The notes beneath the pieces were generated by a model. It saw only the letters and a list, made by a program, of their open reading frames with translations. It did not search any database and was not told the origin of the DNA. A program made the translations under genes and the position numbers. A DNA stretch of 64,000 nucleotides from an uncultured Ignavibacteriales bacterium (GTDB lineage Bacteria > Bacteroidota > Ignavibacteria > T3Sed10-11): the NCBI GenBank assembly GCA_964495085.1, contig CAZBUK010000011.1, positions 844-64,843 on the forward strand. The letters run 5' to 3'. Below are positions 1-9,781 of this stretch, piece by piece; the stretch's first letter is position 1, and every line of letters starts with the position of its first letter.

Positions 1-918
1 CCTTTCACGGTATATTGCTCCAGCGAGGCGCATTCATCCGTAGAGAAGGCCGTAAAGATTATCGGACTCGGCAAGGAGAATCTCCGGAAAATTCCGGTAG
101 ATCATACCTATGCAATGATGCCGGGTAAGCTGCATAATCAGATCGAAGACGATATGACGGACGGTTACGCCCCGCTCGCCGTGGTCGCCGCTATCGGTAC
201 TACAGGCTCCACAGCTATCGACCCGCTCAGGAAGATTGGAGAGATATGTTCGAAGTATAAACTCTGGTTGCATGCCGACGCGGCATATGCAGGTACCGCA
301 CTTCTCCTCCCCGAATACCGTTGGATGATCGACGGGGTGAAACATGTCGATTCTCTTGTTTTCAATCCGCACAAATGGATGTTTACGAATTTCGACTGTT
401 CCGCATATTTTGTCAGAGATACGGATTCGTTGATCCGTACCTTCGAAATTTTACCCGAATACCTGAGGACGAACGAGAAGGAAAGAGTGAAAAACTACAG
501 AGACTGGGGATTACAGCTCGGAAGAAGATTCCGTTCGTTGAAATTGTGGTTCGTCATCAGATCGTACGGTATCGACGGATTACAAGCAAAAATCAGAAAT
601 CACATTCGGCTCGCGCAGGACCTCGCACATATCATCGACAACGCCAACGATTTCGAGTTGCTCGCACCCGTTGCCCTGAATGCCATTTGTTTCAGGTACA
701 AGCCGCCCGATATCGACGACCCTGAGACATTGAACACGATCAACCAGGAATTGCTGGAAATGCTGAATGCTTCCGGGAAAGTGTTCATGACGCATACAAA
801 ACTCGACGGGAGATTTGCGCTGCGGCTCGTAATCGCTCAGACCGAAGTGACCGAGCGCCACGTCCAGGAGGCCTGGGAGATCATCTGCGACACTGTTCGT
901 ATGATCCAACCGGTATAG
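1..918 (+). CDS. Pyridoxal-phosphate-dependent group II decarboxylase (aromatic-L-amino-acid/tyrosine decarboxylase-like), 5'-truncated by the window edge
   Basis: Frame 1 is open from nt 1 with no upstream stop (..VYCSSEAHSSVEKAVKIIGLGKENLRKIPVDHTYAM..). The C-terminal large and small domain sequence (LWLHADAAYAGTALLLPEYRWMIDGV..HKWMFTNFDCSAY) is characteristic of DDC/TyrDC-type PLP decarboxylases. Stop at 916-918. Confidence 0.8.
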   Translation, partial: PFTVYCSSEAHSSVEKAVKIIGLGKENLRKIPVDHTYAMMPGKLHNQIEDDMTDGYAPLAVVAAIGTTGSTAIDPLRKIGEICSKYKLWLHADAAYAGTALLLPEYRWMIDGVKHVDSLVFNPHKWMFTNFDCSAYFVRDTDSLIRTFEILPEYLRTNEKERVKNYRDWGLQLGRRFRSLKLWFVIRSYGIDGLQAKIRNHIRLAQDLAHIIDNANDFELLAPVALNAICFRYKPPDIDDPETLNTINQELLEMLNASGKVFMTHTKLDGRFALRLVIAQTEVTERHVQEAWEIICDTVRMIQPV

Positions 919-1035
919 ACGACGCTTCACGAAGCCTTTACCACACCGGGATGCAGCATGGCTGCCGCGTGATACTCGATAGACGGAGTTCTCTTCACCT
1001 CAACTGCCACACTCTTATATAAGGACCGATGTTCT

Positions 1036-2763
1036 ATGCAAAAATTACTGTCGTTCACGGTATTACTTCTTTTTCTTTTTACCTCCTGTACCCCCCGTCT
1101 GTCCGAGGACGAACGGTTCGAACGGCTTGCGAATAATTTTATCGAAACGATGCTGCGGGTGAATCCGGAGTACGCGACTTCGCTCGGCGATCACAGATTC
1201 GATCACCTGATGAATGACTACAGCGAAGCATCCGTGCTCAGGAGCATCGAAGTGAACAGGGCTTATCTTGATTCGCTGACCGCGCTCGATGCGGATCTCC
1301 TCAACACGGTCAACCGCGTCGATATCGGGATTCTCACGAACGTTATCCGGGCGTCTCTCTATCAGGCTGAAGCGTTGCGCGAATATTCCTGGAATCCGTT
1401 GAGATATAACATCGGAAACGGAATCTATGCGCTCGTCGCCCGCGATTTTGAGCCGCTTGAGGATCGCCTGCGAAATGTCAAATCGAGGCTCGAAGCCGTC
1501 CCCGGAATTCTCGCGGAAGCGAAGAAGAATCTCGGGAATCCGCCGCGTGTGCATACCGAGACGGCGATCGGACAGAACCGGGGTAATATTAATCTGATCA
1601 GACAGGATCTCGATCTCTTCATCGAGGATGCCCCGCACATGCGCGAAGAGCTCGAGCAGGCACGCGCCGATGCGGTCGCAGCACTGGAGGCTTACGGTGC
1701 GTGGCTTCAGGAAGAGCTGCTCCCCGCATCGACCGGAGAGTTCAGGATCGGCGAAGAAAAGTTCAGAAACAAACTCCGGTATACCCTCGCCTCTGAAATC
1801 CCCATGGAGGAGATACTTCGACTCGCAGAAGCGGATCTCGTCGCAACGCAGGAGACGATGTATGAGACCGCACTCCCGCTGTACAGGAGGTACTTCCCGA
1901 ACGTCCGGGATCAGCGCAGACTGAACGATAAAAAACTCGTCATCAGAGCGGTGCTCGATCGGCTGGCGCAAGATCGTCCCGATGCGAATACCATCGTCGA
2001 TCAGGCTAAACGCGATCTGGATGAGACCACCCATTTCGTCAGTGAACATGCGCTCGTCACCGTTCCCGACGATCCGATTCGTATTATCGTCATGCCGGAG
2101 TTCAGGCGGGGCGTAGCGATAGCGTATTGTGATTCGCCGGGGCCGCTCGAAGATGGAGGAGAAACGTTTTACGCTATTTCTCCCCCTCCCACTGACTGGA
2201 ACAGGCAACGGGTGGAATCCTTCTTCCGCGAGTATAACGATTATATGCTCAAGAACCTGACGGTTCACGAGGCGATGCCGGGTCACTACCTGCAGCTCGC
2301 GCATTCGAACCGATTTTCGGCACCTACGCCGGTTCGTGCAATATTCTGGAGCGGTGTTTTCGTCGAGGGATGGGCGACGTATGCCGAGCAGGTAATGGTC
2401 GAACACGGTTACGGCGGTCCGGAGGTGAGAATGCAGCAGCTGAAAATGCGCCTGAGACTGATTATCAACTCGATTATAGATCAGAAAATTCACGCAGGTG
2501 AAATGGCCGAACAGGAAGCCATCGATCTTATGATGAAGGAAGGATTTCAGGAAGAGGGAGAAGCGGTCGGAAAATGGCGGAGGGCCTGCCTGACGTCCAC
2601 GCAGCTTTCCACGTACTACATTGGGAATATCGAAATCAACCGTATCAGGGATGCGTATCAGGAGGCACATGGAGACCGGGTCGACATGCGGGAGATGCAC
2701 GATCTTATGCTGTCGTTCGGTTCGCCCCCTCCCCGGTACGTAAAGCAGCATATGGGATTATAA
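1036..2763 (+). CDS. DUF885-family putative metallopeptidase lipoprotein
   Basis: Lipoprotein-type signal (LLFLFTSCTP) and the HEAMPGHYLQ motif typical of DUF885. Codon usage is coherent. The 562-aa antisense ORF over the same region is judged an artefact. Confidence 0.75.
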   Translation: MQKLLSFTVLLLFLFTSCTPRLSEDERFERLANNFIETMLRVNPEYATSLGDHRFDHLMNDYSEASVLRSIEVNRAYLDSLTALDADLLNTVNRVDIGILTNVIRASLYQAEALREYSWNPLRYNIGNGIYALVARDFEPLEDRLRNVKSRLEAVPGILAEAKKNLGNPPRVHTETAIGQNRGNINLIRQDLDLFIEDAPHMREELEQARADAVAALEAYGAWLQEELLPASTGEFRIGEEKFRNKLRYTLASEIPMEEILRLAEADLVATQETMYETALPLYRRYFPNVRDQRRLNDKKLVIRAVLDRLAQDRPDANTIVDQAKRDLDETTHFVSEHALVTVPDDPIRIIVMPEFRRGVAIAYCDSPGPLEDGGETFYAISPPPTDWNRQRVESFFREYNDYMLKNLTVHEAMPGHYLQLAHSNRFSAPTPVRAIFWSGVFVEGWATYAEQVMVEHGYGGPEVRMQQLKMRLRLIINSIIDQKIHAGEMAEQEAIDLMMKEGFQEEGEAVGKWRRACLTSTQLSTYYIGNIEINRIRDAYQEAHGDRVDMREMHDLMLSFGSPPPRYVKQHMGL

Positions 2764-2778
2764 CAGCTTCCGATCGAT

Positions 2779-3678
2779 ATGCAACAGACATATATGACAT
2801 ATCTGCAGCCGGATATCATCTCGAGGATCGAGAATCTCGAGCTGCGCGCACGGCTTGTCGTCGAGGGATTTATCGCCGGCTTGCATCGTAGTCCGTATCA
2901 CGGTTTCAGCGTTGAATTTGCCGAGCATCGCCAGTATATGCCCGGCGATGAGATCAAGCATATAGACTGGAAGGTTTACGGCAGGACGGATAGGTACTTC
3001 ATAAAGCAGTATGAAGAGGAGACCAATCTGAAGGCGTACCTCGTCGTCGACTCGAGCAGATCGATGGCATTTCGCAGCGGTTCCAATCCCACGAAACTCG
3101 ATTATGCGGCCTCGATAGCCGCGGCGCTTGCCTATCTGATGATGAAGCAACGGGACGCCGTGGGACTGGGGGTTTTCGACGAAACTGTCAGGACATACCT
3201 GCCTCCCCGATCGACACACTCGTATCTGAAAGTGATCCTCAGGACGCTCGCGGGACTCAGCGGCAATAAGCGGACCGGTACCGCCTCGTCGCTCCACCGA
3301 ATGGCAGAGAGAATAAAGAGGAGAGGGCTCATCATCGTGCTCAGCGACCTCTTCGACGATCCATCGGACGTTATGAGCGCTCTCAAGCATTTCCGGTATA
3401 ACGATAATGAAGTGATTGTGATGCAGATACTCGACCCGGCCGAGCGGAACTTTGCATTCGGCCGGGACGCCGTGTTTAAGGATATGGAGACCGAAGAGAA
3501 GATGACCACCCAGCCGTATCACATCAAGCGGGCATACCAGGATGCGATGGCGCGTTTTCTCGACGCATATAAGCGCCAGTGCCGCGAGAATCGAATCGAC
3601 TATGTTTGTCTTGAGACCTCAACGCCTTTCGATACCGCCCTCTTTCATTATCTGAATAAAAGGAAGCACCTCGGCTGA
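2779..3678 (+). CDS. DUF58 (vWA-like) domain protein
   Basis: N-terminal region RIENLELRARLVVEGFIAGLHRSPYHGFSVEFAEHRQYMPGDEIKHIDWKVYGRTDRYFIKQYEEE is the DUF58 signature. No MoxR ATPase partner lies adjacent. Confidence 0.75.
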   Translation: MQQTYMTYLQPDIISRIENLELRARLVVEGFIAGLHRSPYHGFSVEFAEHRQYMPGDEIKHIDWKVYGRTDRYFIKQYEEETNLKAYLVVDSSRSMAFRSGSNPTKLDYAASIAAALAYLMMKQRDAVGLGVFDETVRTYLPPRSTHSYLKVILRTLAGLSGNKRTGTASSLHRMAERIKRRGLIIVLSDLFDDPSDVMSALKHFRYNDNEVIVMQILDPAERNFAFGRDAVFKDMETEEKMTTQPYHIKRAYQDAMARFLDAYKRQCRENRIDYVCLETSTPFDTALFHYLNKRKHLG

Positions 3679-3769
3679 AATGTGAACGATCAGGGTTATT
3701 TGATTTTCAGACCCTCTTTTATTATTATTAAAGGTTTATAATACGGCGAAATGTTTAAGTACATTATCG

Positions 3770-4450
3770 ATGACCGGACTTACGGAGACGAACTTTTTGA
3801 TAACCAAATACGGATATGACGTGGTTGGAGTGGTGAGCGGTATTGTCGTCGCAGGGCTTGGTATCGCTGTTTTCTTCGTAAACTCGCCTTATATTAAATA
3901 TCCGCTCATTGCCGTCTGCCTCTTGTTACTCTTATTTACCCTCTATTTTTTCCGCGATCCCGAAAGAAAGATTCCCCGGGGGGAGAACCTCATTCTCTCG
4001 CCTGCCGACGGTAAACTGGTGCTGATCAGCAACTTAGAGCAGGCTGACTATCTCGGGGTGCCTGCGGTTCAGCTTAGCATTTTCCTTTCGCCCCTCAATG
4101 TGCATGTAAACCGTGTGCCATGGAGCGGTAAAGTAGGCTATTTCCGCTATATAAAAGGGGATTTTATAGTGGCATACGATCATGCTGCATCGGAGAAAAA
4201 CGAGAGGACCGAAATCGGAATAGAGAGGAACGGACAGCGAATCCTGTTCAAGCAGATCGTCGGCTCGATCGCGAGACGAATCGTATGTCCCCTGAAGGTG
4301 GGGGACGATCTGAGAGCCGGAGAACGATTCGGCATGATAAAATTCGGATCGCGTATGGATATCATCCTGCCGCAGGGGGCTACGGTGAAGGTCGGGGAAG
4401 GAGAGAAAGTAGTAGGCGGAGAGACCGTCATTGCGGTTATGCCGGATTGA
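3770..4450 (+). CDS. psd: Phosphatidylserine decarboxylase proenzyme (short archaetidylserine-type)
   Basis: N-terminal TM segment, LSPADGKL..NVHVNRVPWSGKV core and a C-terminal FGSRMD self-cleavage (G-S) motif. Confidence 0.8.
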   Translation: MTGLTETNFLITKYGYDVVGVVSGIVVAGLGIAVFFVNSPYIKYPLIAVCLLLLLFTLYFFRDPERKIPRGENLILSPADGKLVLISNLEQADYLGVPAVQLSIFLSPLNVHVNRVPWSGKVGYFRYIKGDFIVAYDHAASEKNERTEIGIERNGQRILFKQIVGSIARRIVCPLKVGDDLRAGERFGMIKFGSRMDIILPQGATVKVGEGEKVVGGETVIAVMPD

Positions 4451-4509
4451 GAAGCCGGCGTGTGTCGTTCGGGGAACCGGAATTCATGCTCGGCTGACAA
4501 AGAATCCAG

Positions 4510-5274
4510 ATGAAAATTACAAGAGCATTCGTACCGAACATGTTCACGACGCTGAACATGTTCAGCGGTTTCATGTCGATACTCACATCATCGCAAGGTA
4601 ATTTTATACTCGCTTCATGGTTTATTATTCTTGCCGCGATGTTCGATGCGCTCGACGGTGTAATGGCACGTATCACGAATTCCTCGAGCGAATTCGGCGT
4701 GGAATTCGATTCGCTGTCGGATATCGTTTCATTCGGTGTCGCTCCGTCGTTTCTGGTGTACAACCTGGCTCTGCATGAATGGAACAATATCGGCATATTG
4801 TTGAGCGCCTTCCCGATGATCTTCGGCGGCATCAGATTGGCGAGGTTTAATGTACAGCTCGTGGGATTCGACAAGAATTATTTCAAGGGACTCCCCATTC
4901 CATCGGCAGCAGGGCTTGTCGTCACCTACGTGCTGATATTTTACGATGAGACTTCGGGCATTACCGGATTTGTCTCGGATATTCTCGCGCCGCTCATCGT
5001 TGTTTCGTCGCTGCTGATGGTATCAACGATCCGATACGACTCGCTCCCCAGACCGAGCCTGAAAACGATTCGCGAATCGCCGTTGAAATTCATCATCCTG
5101 GCGGTAGCGCTCGTCGCGGTTCTTGCGACGAAAGGGAAAGCGCTTTTTTATGTGTTCGCACTTTATGCCCTGTCGGGTCCGGTTAAGTATGCAGTCGCTA
5201 AAACCGTTCATCTCATACGAAAGACCGGGGACGAGGATGCCGATAGCGAGGAAGCCGCCAGTCTGGACGCATAA
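4510..5274 (+). CDS. pssA: CDP-diacylglycerol--serine O-phosphatidyltransferase (CDP-alcohol phosphatidyltransferase family)
   Basis: Multi-TM protein with the CDP-OH transferase motif DALDGVMAR..GVEFDSLSDIVSFG. Sits directly downstream of psd, the classic psd-pssA pair. Confidence 0.8.
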   Translation: MKITRAFVPNMFTTLNMFSGFMSILTSSQGNFILASWFIILAAMFDALDGVMARITNSSSEFGVEFDSLSDIVSFGVAPSFLVYNLALHEWNNIGILLSAFPMIFGGIRLARFNVQLVGFDKNYFKGLPIPSAAGLVVTYVLIFYDETSGITGFVSDILAPLIVVSSLLMVSTIRYDSLPRPSLKTIRESPLKFIILAVALVAVLATKGKALFYVFALYALSGPVKYAVAKTVHLIRKTGDEDADSEEAASLDA

Positions 5275-5300
5275 TGCTTCACTAAGGAGTGATCAGAAAT

Positions 5301-5570
5301 ATGTACAAGGCAGTCATTACCGTTACCCTGCGCGCTTCGATTCTCGATCCGCAGGGTAAAGCGATCGAACAAAGCCTGCACCAGCTGGGCTATGCTTCCG
5401 TCTCGGGCGTCAGAACAGGCAAACATATCGAGGTGACCGTCGATGCAGGGAGCGAAGCCGAGGCGAGGGAATCGATCGAACAGATAACGGCAAAGCTTCT
5501 GGCGAATCCGGTTATGGAGGATTACACCTATCGCTTGTATGAATTCGATGCGGAGGCCGCGCAACCATGA
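5301..5570 (+). CDS. purS: Phosphoribosylformylglycinamidine synthase subunit PurS
   Basis: MYKAVITVTLRASILDPQGKAIEQSLHQLGY.. matches PurS. AAGGAG lies 11 nt upstream of the ATG at 5301. An in-frame GTG at 5289 is an alternative start. Confidence 0.85.
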   Translation: MYKAVITVTLRASILDPQGKAIEQSLHQLGYASVSGVRTGKHIEVTVDAGSEAEARESIEQITAKLLANPVMEDYTYRLYEFDAEAAQP

Positions 5571-6295
5571 TCGAAGGGATGCGTGCAACGGTCGTCGTCT
5601 TTCCGGGTTCGAACTGCGATCACGACTCTCTCTATGTATTGAGGAGCGTTTTGCAGATCGAGAGCAGGTTTGTCTGGCATAAGGACGAATCGCTGGGCGA
5701 GACCGATCTTGTCATCCTGCCGGGCGGATTCTCCTACGGCGATTATCTCCGGTGCGGAGCCATTGCGAGGTTTTCTCCGATCGTGAGGGACGTCGTCAGG
5801 TTTGCACACGATGGGGGGTTGGTACTCGGTATCTGCAACGGCTTCCAGGTGCTCTGCGAGGCCGGACTACTCCCCGGAGCTCTCATGCGGAACAGTTCGC
5901 TCCGATTCGTTTGCAGGGATGTCTTTGTGCGCGTTTCGGATAATATCGGCAGATTTACGGCCGCCTGCAGGCCGGGCGACGTACTTAAGCTGCCAATTGC
6001 GCACGGCGACGGCAACTATATGATAAACGAGGAAGGGCTTGCAGAGTTGAAAAAAAATAGGCAAATTGTGTTTCAATACTGTACCGACGAAGGCGAGATC
6101 AACGAATCCGCGAATCCGAACGGCTCGGTGTATAATATAGCCGGTATTACGAACACTGAAGGTAATGTGCTGGGGATGATGCCTCATCCGGAACGCGCTT
6201 CCGACCCCACGCTCGGCAGAACGGACGGAAAGAAGATATTTGAATCCATAGTACGGTACGTGATGGAGAAGAACAGTTACATTTCAGCGTCTTAG
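5567..6295 (+). CDS. purQ: Phosphoribosylformylglycinamidine synthase glutamine amidotransferase subunit PurQ
   Basis: [30 protein letters not shown] and MMPHPER motifs of the class I glutamine amidotransferase PurQ. 4-nt overlap with purS. Confidence 0.9.
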   Translation: MIEGMRATVVVFPGSNCDHDSLYVLRSVLQIESRFVWHKDESLGETDLVILPGGFSYGDYLRCGAIARFSPIVRDVVRFAHDGGLVLGICNGFQVLCEAGLLPGALMRNSSLRFVCRDVFVRVSDNIGRFTAACRPGDVLKLPIAHGDGNYMINEEGLAELKKNRQIVFQYCTDEGEINESANPNGSVYNIAGITNTEGNVLGMMPHPERASDPTLGRTDGKKIFESIVRYVMEKNSYISAS

Positions 6296-6312
6296 ACGCG
6301 AGGAGAGCTCTT

Positions 6313-6534
6313 ATGTTCGGCAATTTAGGCGCAACGGAAATAATACTTATTCTGCTCGTTATCCTTATTTTCTTCGGGGCGAGAAAAATACCGGAGCTGG
6401 CCCAGGGCCTCGGAAAAGGCCTGCGCGAATTTCGTAAAGCGGCCCGTGAAATACAGGACGACATAAACACGGAAAAGAAGAAGCTCGAAGACACTACCTC
6501 CGACGATAATAACGATGCGAAGAAAAATTCCTGA
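6313..6534 (+). CDS. tatA: Twin-arginine translocase subunit TatA/E
   Basis: [43 protein letters not shown] is the canonical TatA TM helix and amphipathic helix. Confidence 0.9.
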   Translation: MFGNLGATEIILILLVILIFFGARKIPELAQGLGKGLREFRKAAREIQDDINTEKKKLEDTTSDDNNDAKKNS

Positions 6535-6539
6535 TGTGA

Positions 6540-7979
6540 ATGGCCGCCGATATCTCTGATTACTCTTCTCTTCAGCAATCTATCGCCCGGGGCAACCCCT
6601 CCGTCTCGCAGCTCATCTCGGAGTATATCAGACGCATCAATCAGAACCTGCACCTCAATGCATTCCTGACCGTATTTGATGAGCGGGCGCTCACAAAGGC
6701 CCGGGAAGTCGATAAACGTCTGGCCGAGGGCAACGCCGGCGAACTCGCCGGTATGATAGTCGCCGTCAAGGACAATATCTGCGTTGAGGGTGAGCGTGTT
6801 ACGTGCGGTTCTCGTATGCTCGAAAATTTCCGCTCACTTTTTGATGCGACCGTGATCGGCAAACTGGAGGCTGCGGACGCCGTTATTATCGGGAAGACGA
6901 ATATGGACGAGTTTGCGATGGGGTCGTCGAATGAGAATTCGGCGTTCGGACCTGTCAGGAATCCGGTGGATACCGGAAAGGTCCCCGGAGGATCGAGCGG
7001 AGGATCGGCGGCAGCGGTTGCTGCGGGCCTCTCGATGACCGCTCTGGGGAGCGATACCGGCGGTTCCATCAGACAACCCGCGGCGTTTAGCGGTGTCTAC
7101 GGAATGAAGCCGACGTACGGCAGGGTTTCACGTTACGGATTGATCGCATTCGCCTCCTCCTTCGATCAGATCGGTCCGTTTGGCAGGTCGGTCACTGATA
7201 TAGCCAGAGTTTTAAAAGTAATCTCGGGTCATGATCCGCGCGATTCGACATCGGTTATGACTGCTGTCCCCGACTATCCCTCCGGTTTGCGGAAAGATAT
7301 CCGGAGACTGCGAATCGGTATTCCGCATGAATACATAACAGACGACCTCGACACCGCGCTGCGGGAGAAACTCCAATATATTTCGGAACGTTTGAGATCA
7401 TCCGGCGCTGAGGTTACCGGGATATCGCTTCCGCATACCGGCTATACCATTGCCGCTTACTATATATTGACGACCGCGGAGGCTTCCTCCAATCTGGCCC
7501 GCTTCGACGGAGTCAGGTATGGACATCGAACGGAATCCGCAGAAGATTTGCAACAGCTTTATTCGGGGACGCGGAGCGAGGGATTCGGAGCCGAGGTAAA
7601 GCGGCGCATCATGCTCGGAACGTACGTGCTATCCGCCGGATATTACGATGCATATTACCTTAAGGCACAAAAGGTCCGGCGTCTGATAAAAGAGGATTTC
7701 GATAAAGCATTTTCCCATATCGATGCGATTCTGGCCCCGACATCGCCGACGACCGCATTCGAGCTCGGCGAAAAAACCGATGACCCGCTGCAGATGTATC
7801 TGTCGGATATCTTTACCACATCGGCAAACCTTGCGGGACTGCCCGGAATTTCCATCCCGGCAGGCACCGATGATGCCGGGCTCCCGCTTGGCCTTCAGTT
7901 GATCGGGAAACAGTTCGACGAACAGACGATTCTCAATATCGCATATTCATTGGAGAGCGAGCAGTCGAACGACGGATGA
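6540..7979 (+). CDS. gatA: Glutamyl-tRNA(Gln)/aspartyl-tRNA(Asn) amidotransferase subunit A
   Basis: Amidase signature GKTNMDEFAMGSS..GGSSGGSAAAVAAG and overall GatA length and architecture. Confidence 0.9.
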   Translation: MAADISDYSSLQQSIARGNPSVSQLISEYIRRINQNLHLNAFLTVFDERALTKAREVDKRLAEGNAGELAGMIVAVKDNICVEGERVTCGSRMLENFRSLFDATVIGKLEAADAVIIGKTNMDEFAMGSSNENSAFGPVRNPVDTGKVPGGSSGGSAAAVAAGLSMTALGSDTGGSIRQPAAFSGVYGMKPTYGRVSRYGLIAFASSFDQIGPFGRSVTDIARVLKVISGHDPRDSTSVMTAVPDYPSGLRKDIRRLRIGIPHEYITDDLDTALREKLQYISERLRSSGAEVTGISLPHTGYTIAAYYILTTAEASSNLARFDGVRYGHRTESAEDLQQLYSGTRSEGFGAEVKRRIMLGTYVLSAGYYDAYYLKAQKVRRLIKEDFDKAFSHIDAILAPTSPTTAFELGEKTDDPLQMYLSDIFTTSANLAGLPGISIPAGTDDAGLPLGLQLIGKQFDEQTILNIAYSLESEQSNDG

Positions 7980-8107
7980 GTCGCAATTGCAGGAACTTCC
8001 TCTGTAATCGATAAATAGCTACAGTACCGAGAGAAGACGCAATCAACTTATAATTCCATGATCGTCTGAATACCGAAACTGCACCGAAAATATAAACGGG
8101 TACACCT

Positions 8108-9073
8108 ATGAGCATTTTAGTCGATAAAAAAACGAAACTCCTCGTTCAGGGTATAACCGGCGGCGAGGGTAGCTTCCATACGGAACAGATAGTGGAATAC
8201 GGTACCGACGTTGTCGCCGGCGTGACGCCCGGCAAGGGAGGAACGCTCCACCAGGGAATACCGGTCTTCAATACAGTCTCCGACGCAGTAATAGCCACCG
8301 GTGCTAATGCTTCGGTGATATTCGTTCCTGCTTCCTTTGCAGCCGATGCGATCCTGGAGGCGATAGATGCGGGCCTTGCACTCGTCGTTTGCATTACCGA
8401 GGGCATTCCGACCAGGGATATGATGAAAGTGAAGTCCGCACTGGAGGCAGGTTCCACACGGCTTATCGGTCCGAACTGTCCGGGCATCATCTCGCCCGGG
8501 AAAGCAAAAATCGGGATCATGCCGGGCTTCATTCATAAGAAAGGAAGAGTCGGACTCGTCTCCAGAAGCGGAACGCTAACCTACGAAGCCGTGTACCAGC
8601 TCACACAGCTCGGAATCGGCCAGTCGACTTGCATCGGCATCGGCGGTGATCCGATCATCGGTACTCAATTCCGCGACGCGGTCGAATTATTCAATAACGA
8701 CCCGGATACCGATGCAATAGTTATGATCGGTGAAATCGGAGGGACAGCCGAGGAAGAAGCAGCGGCGTTCATCAAAGCCAACGTTAAAAAACCGGTGATC
8801 GGATTCATTGCAGGAAGGACAGCGCCCCCCGGCAGACGGATGGGGCACGCCGGTGCGATCATCGCGGGAGGAAAGGGCACTGCCGCTGAGAAGATGCAGG
8901 CAATGACAATAGCTGGGATTACGGTCGTCGAAAGTCCGGCTCTGATCGGTGAGGCGGTGAAGCGGGTCATGGTGCGAAAAGGGCTGCTCAAATCGACCGG
9001 ATCAAAAAAGAAAAAGAGCGAAGGCAGGAAGATAAAGCCATCGGCTGCGACATCGAGACGTATCGGGAAATAG
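8108..9073 (+). CDS. sucD: Succinyl-CoA ligase [ADP/GDP-forming] alpha subunit, with an unusual Lys/Arg-rich C-terminal tail
   Basis: [52 protein letters not shown] match SucD throughout. The last ~30 aa ([27 protein letters not shown]) are an extension. No sucC is adjacent. Confidence 0.85.
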   Translation: MSILVDKKTKLLVQGITGGEGSFHTEQIVEYGTDVVAGVTPGKGGTLHQGIPVFNTVSDAVIATGANASVIFVPASFAADAILEAIDAGLALVVCITEGIPTRDMMKVKSALEAGSTRLIGPNCPGIISPGKAKIGIMPGFIHKKGRVGLVSRSGTLTYEAVYQLTQLGIGQSTCIGIGGDPIIGTQFRDAVELFNNDPDTDAIVMIGEIGGTAEEEAAAFIKANVKKPVIGFIAGRTAPPGRRMGHAGAIIAGGKGTAAEKMQAMTIAGITVVESPALIGEAVKRVMVRKGLLKSTGSKKKKSEGRKIKPSAATSRRIGK

Positions 9074-9132
9074 ACCCGGCCCATCTTCACAAAATAACAT
9101 CAGCCATTTAAATTTCCCAGGAGTATTTTTCC

Positions 9133-9564
9133 ATGGCAGTAGAACGGACGCTTGCAATCCTCAAACCTGATTGTGTCAGGAAGAATTTGATCGGTGCGGT
9201 TATAAAACATATACAGGAGGGCGGGTTCACAATTATCGCAATGCAGATAACCAGGCTTACAAAAGAAGGTGCGCAGGGTTTTTATACCGTCCATCTCGGC
9301 AGACCGTTTTTCGAGAGTTTGACCGATTTTATGAGCTCGGGACCCTGCGTTCCGATGGTTCTGGAGAAGGAAAATGCGGTTGCCGATTTCAGAAAACTCA
9401 TCGGAGCCACAGATCCGGCGGAAGCTGAATCAGGAACCGTTCGGAAACTTTACGCCGACAACAAAAGTGAGAACATCGTCCACGGTTCCGACTCGGTCGA
9501 AAATGCCCAAATCGAGATATCATACTTTTTTACCGGGAATATGCTAGCCGAAATAACCAGATAA
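9133..9564 (+). CDS. ndk: Nucleoside diphosphate kinase
   Basis: [30 protein letters not shown] (catalytic His) is canonical NDK. Confidence 0.92.
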   Translation: MAVERTLAILKPDCVRKNLIGAVIKHIQEGGFTIIAMQITRLTKEGAQGFYTVHLGRPFFESLTDFMSSGPCVPMVLEKENAVADFRKLIGATDPAEAESGTVRKLYADNKSENIVHGSDSVENAQIEISYFFTGNMLAEITR

Positions 9565-9588
9565 GATACCTCTCCTTTTTAATAAATG

Positions 9589-9627
9589 CCCGTTTCCTGA
9601 GTTATATTACGGGAAACGGTTTTTTTA
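9589..9627 (+). terminator. Rho-independent terminator downstream of ndk
   Basis: ccgtttcc / ggaaacgg 8-bp GC-containing stem with ~14-nt loop, followed by TTTTTTT, 25 nt after the ndk stop. Confidence 0.6.
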
Positions 9628-9781
9628 CGTTTTCGAGGAAGTATCGGCCTCAGAATTTGAGAAAACGGGGGTAGGATTTAAAATACCTTGATTTAGGGCG
9701 AGTTTTTAGTTAAATTATTATATTTTAGCAAAACATCCTTACTAAACCCGGATATATAACGGGAGCAACGGGTAATAATCC

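Noticed and set aside
321-930. Nested ORFs (321-725 plus strand, 580-930 and 600-788 minus strand) inside the decarboxylase gene
   Set aside because: They lie within a conserved PLP-decarboxylase reading frame and their translations are low-complexity, so they are artefacts of GC-rich coding sequence.
1063-2751. 562-aa minus-strand ORF fully antisense to the DUF885 gene
   Set aside because: The plus strand carries the lipoprotein signal and the DUF885 HEAMPGHYLQ motif. The antisense ORF is Arg/Pro-rich with no domain features, a typical GC-driven shadow ORF.
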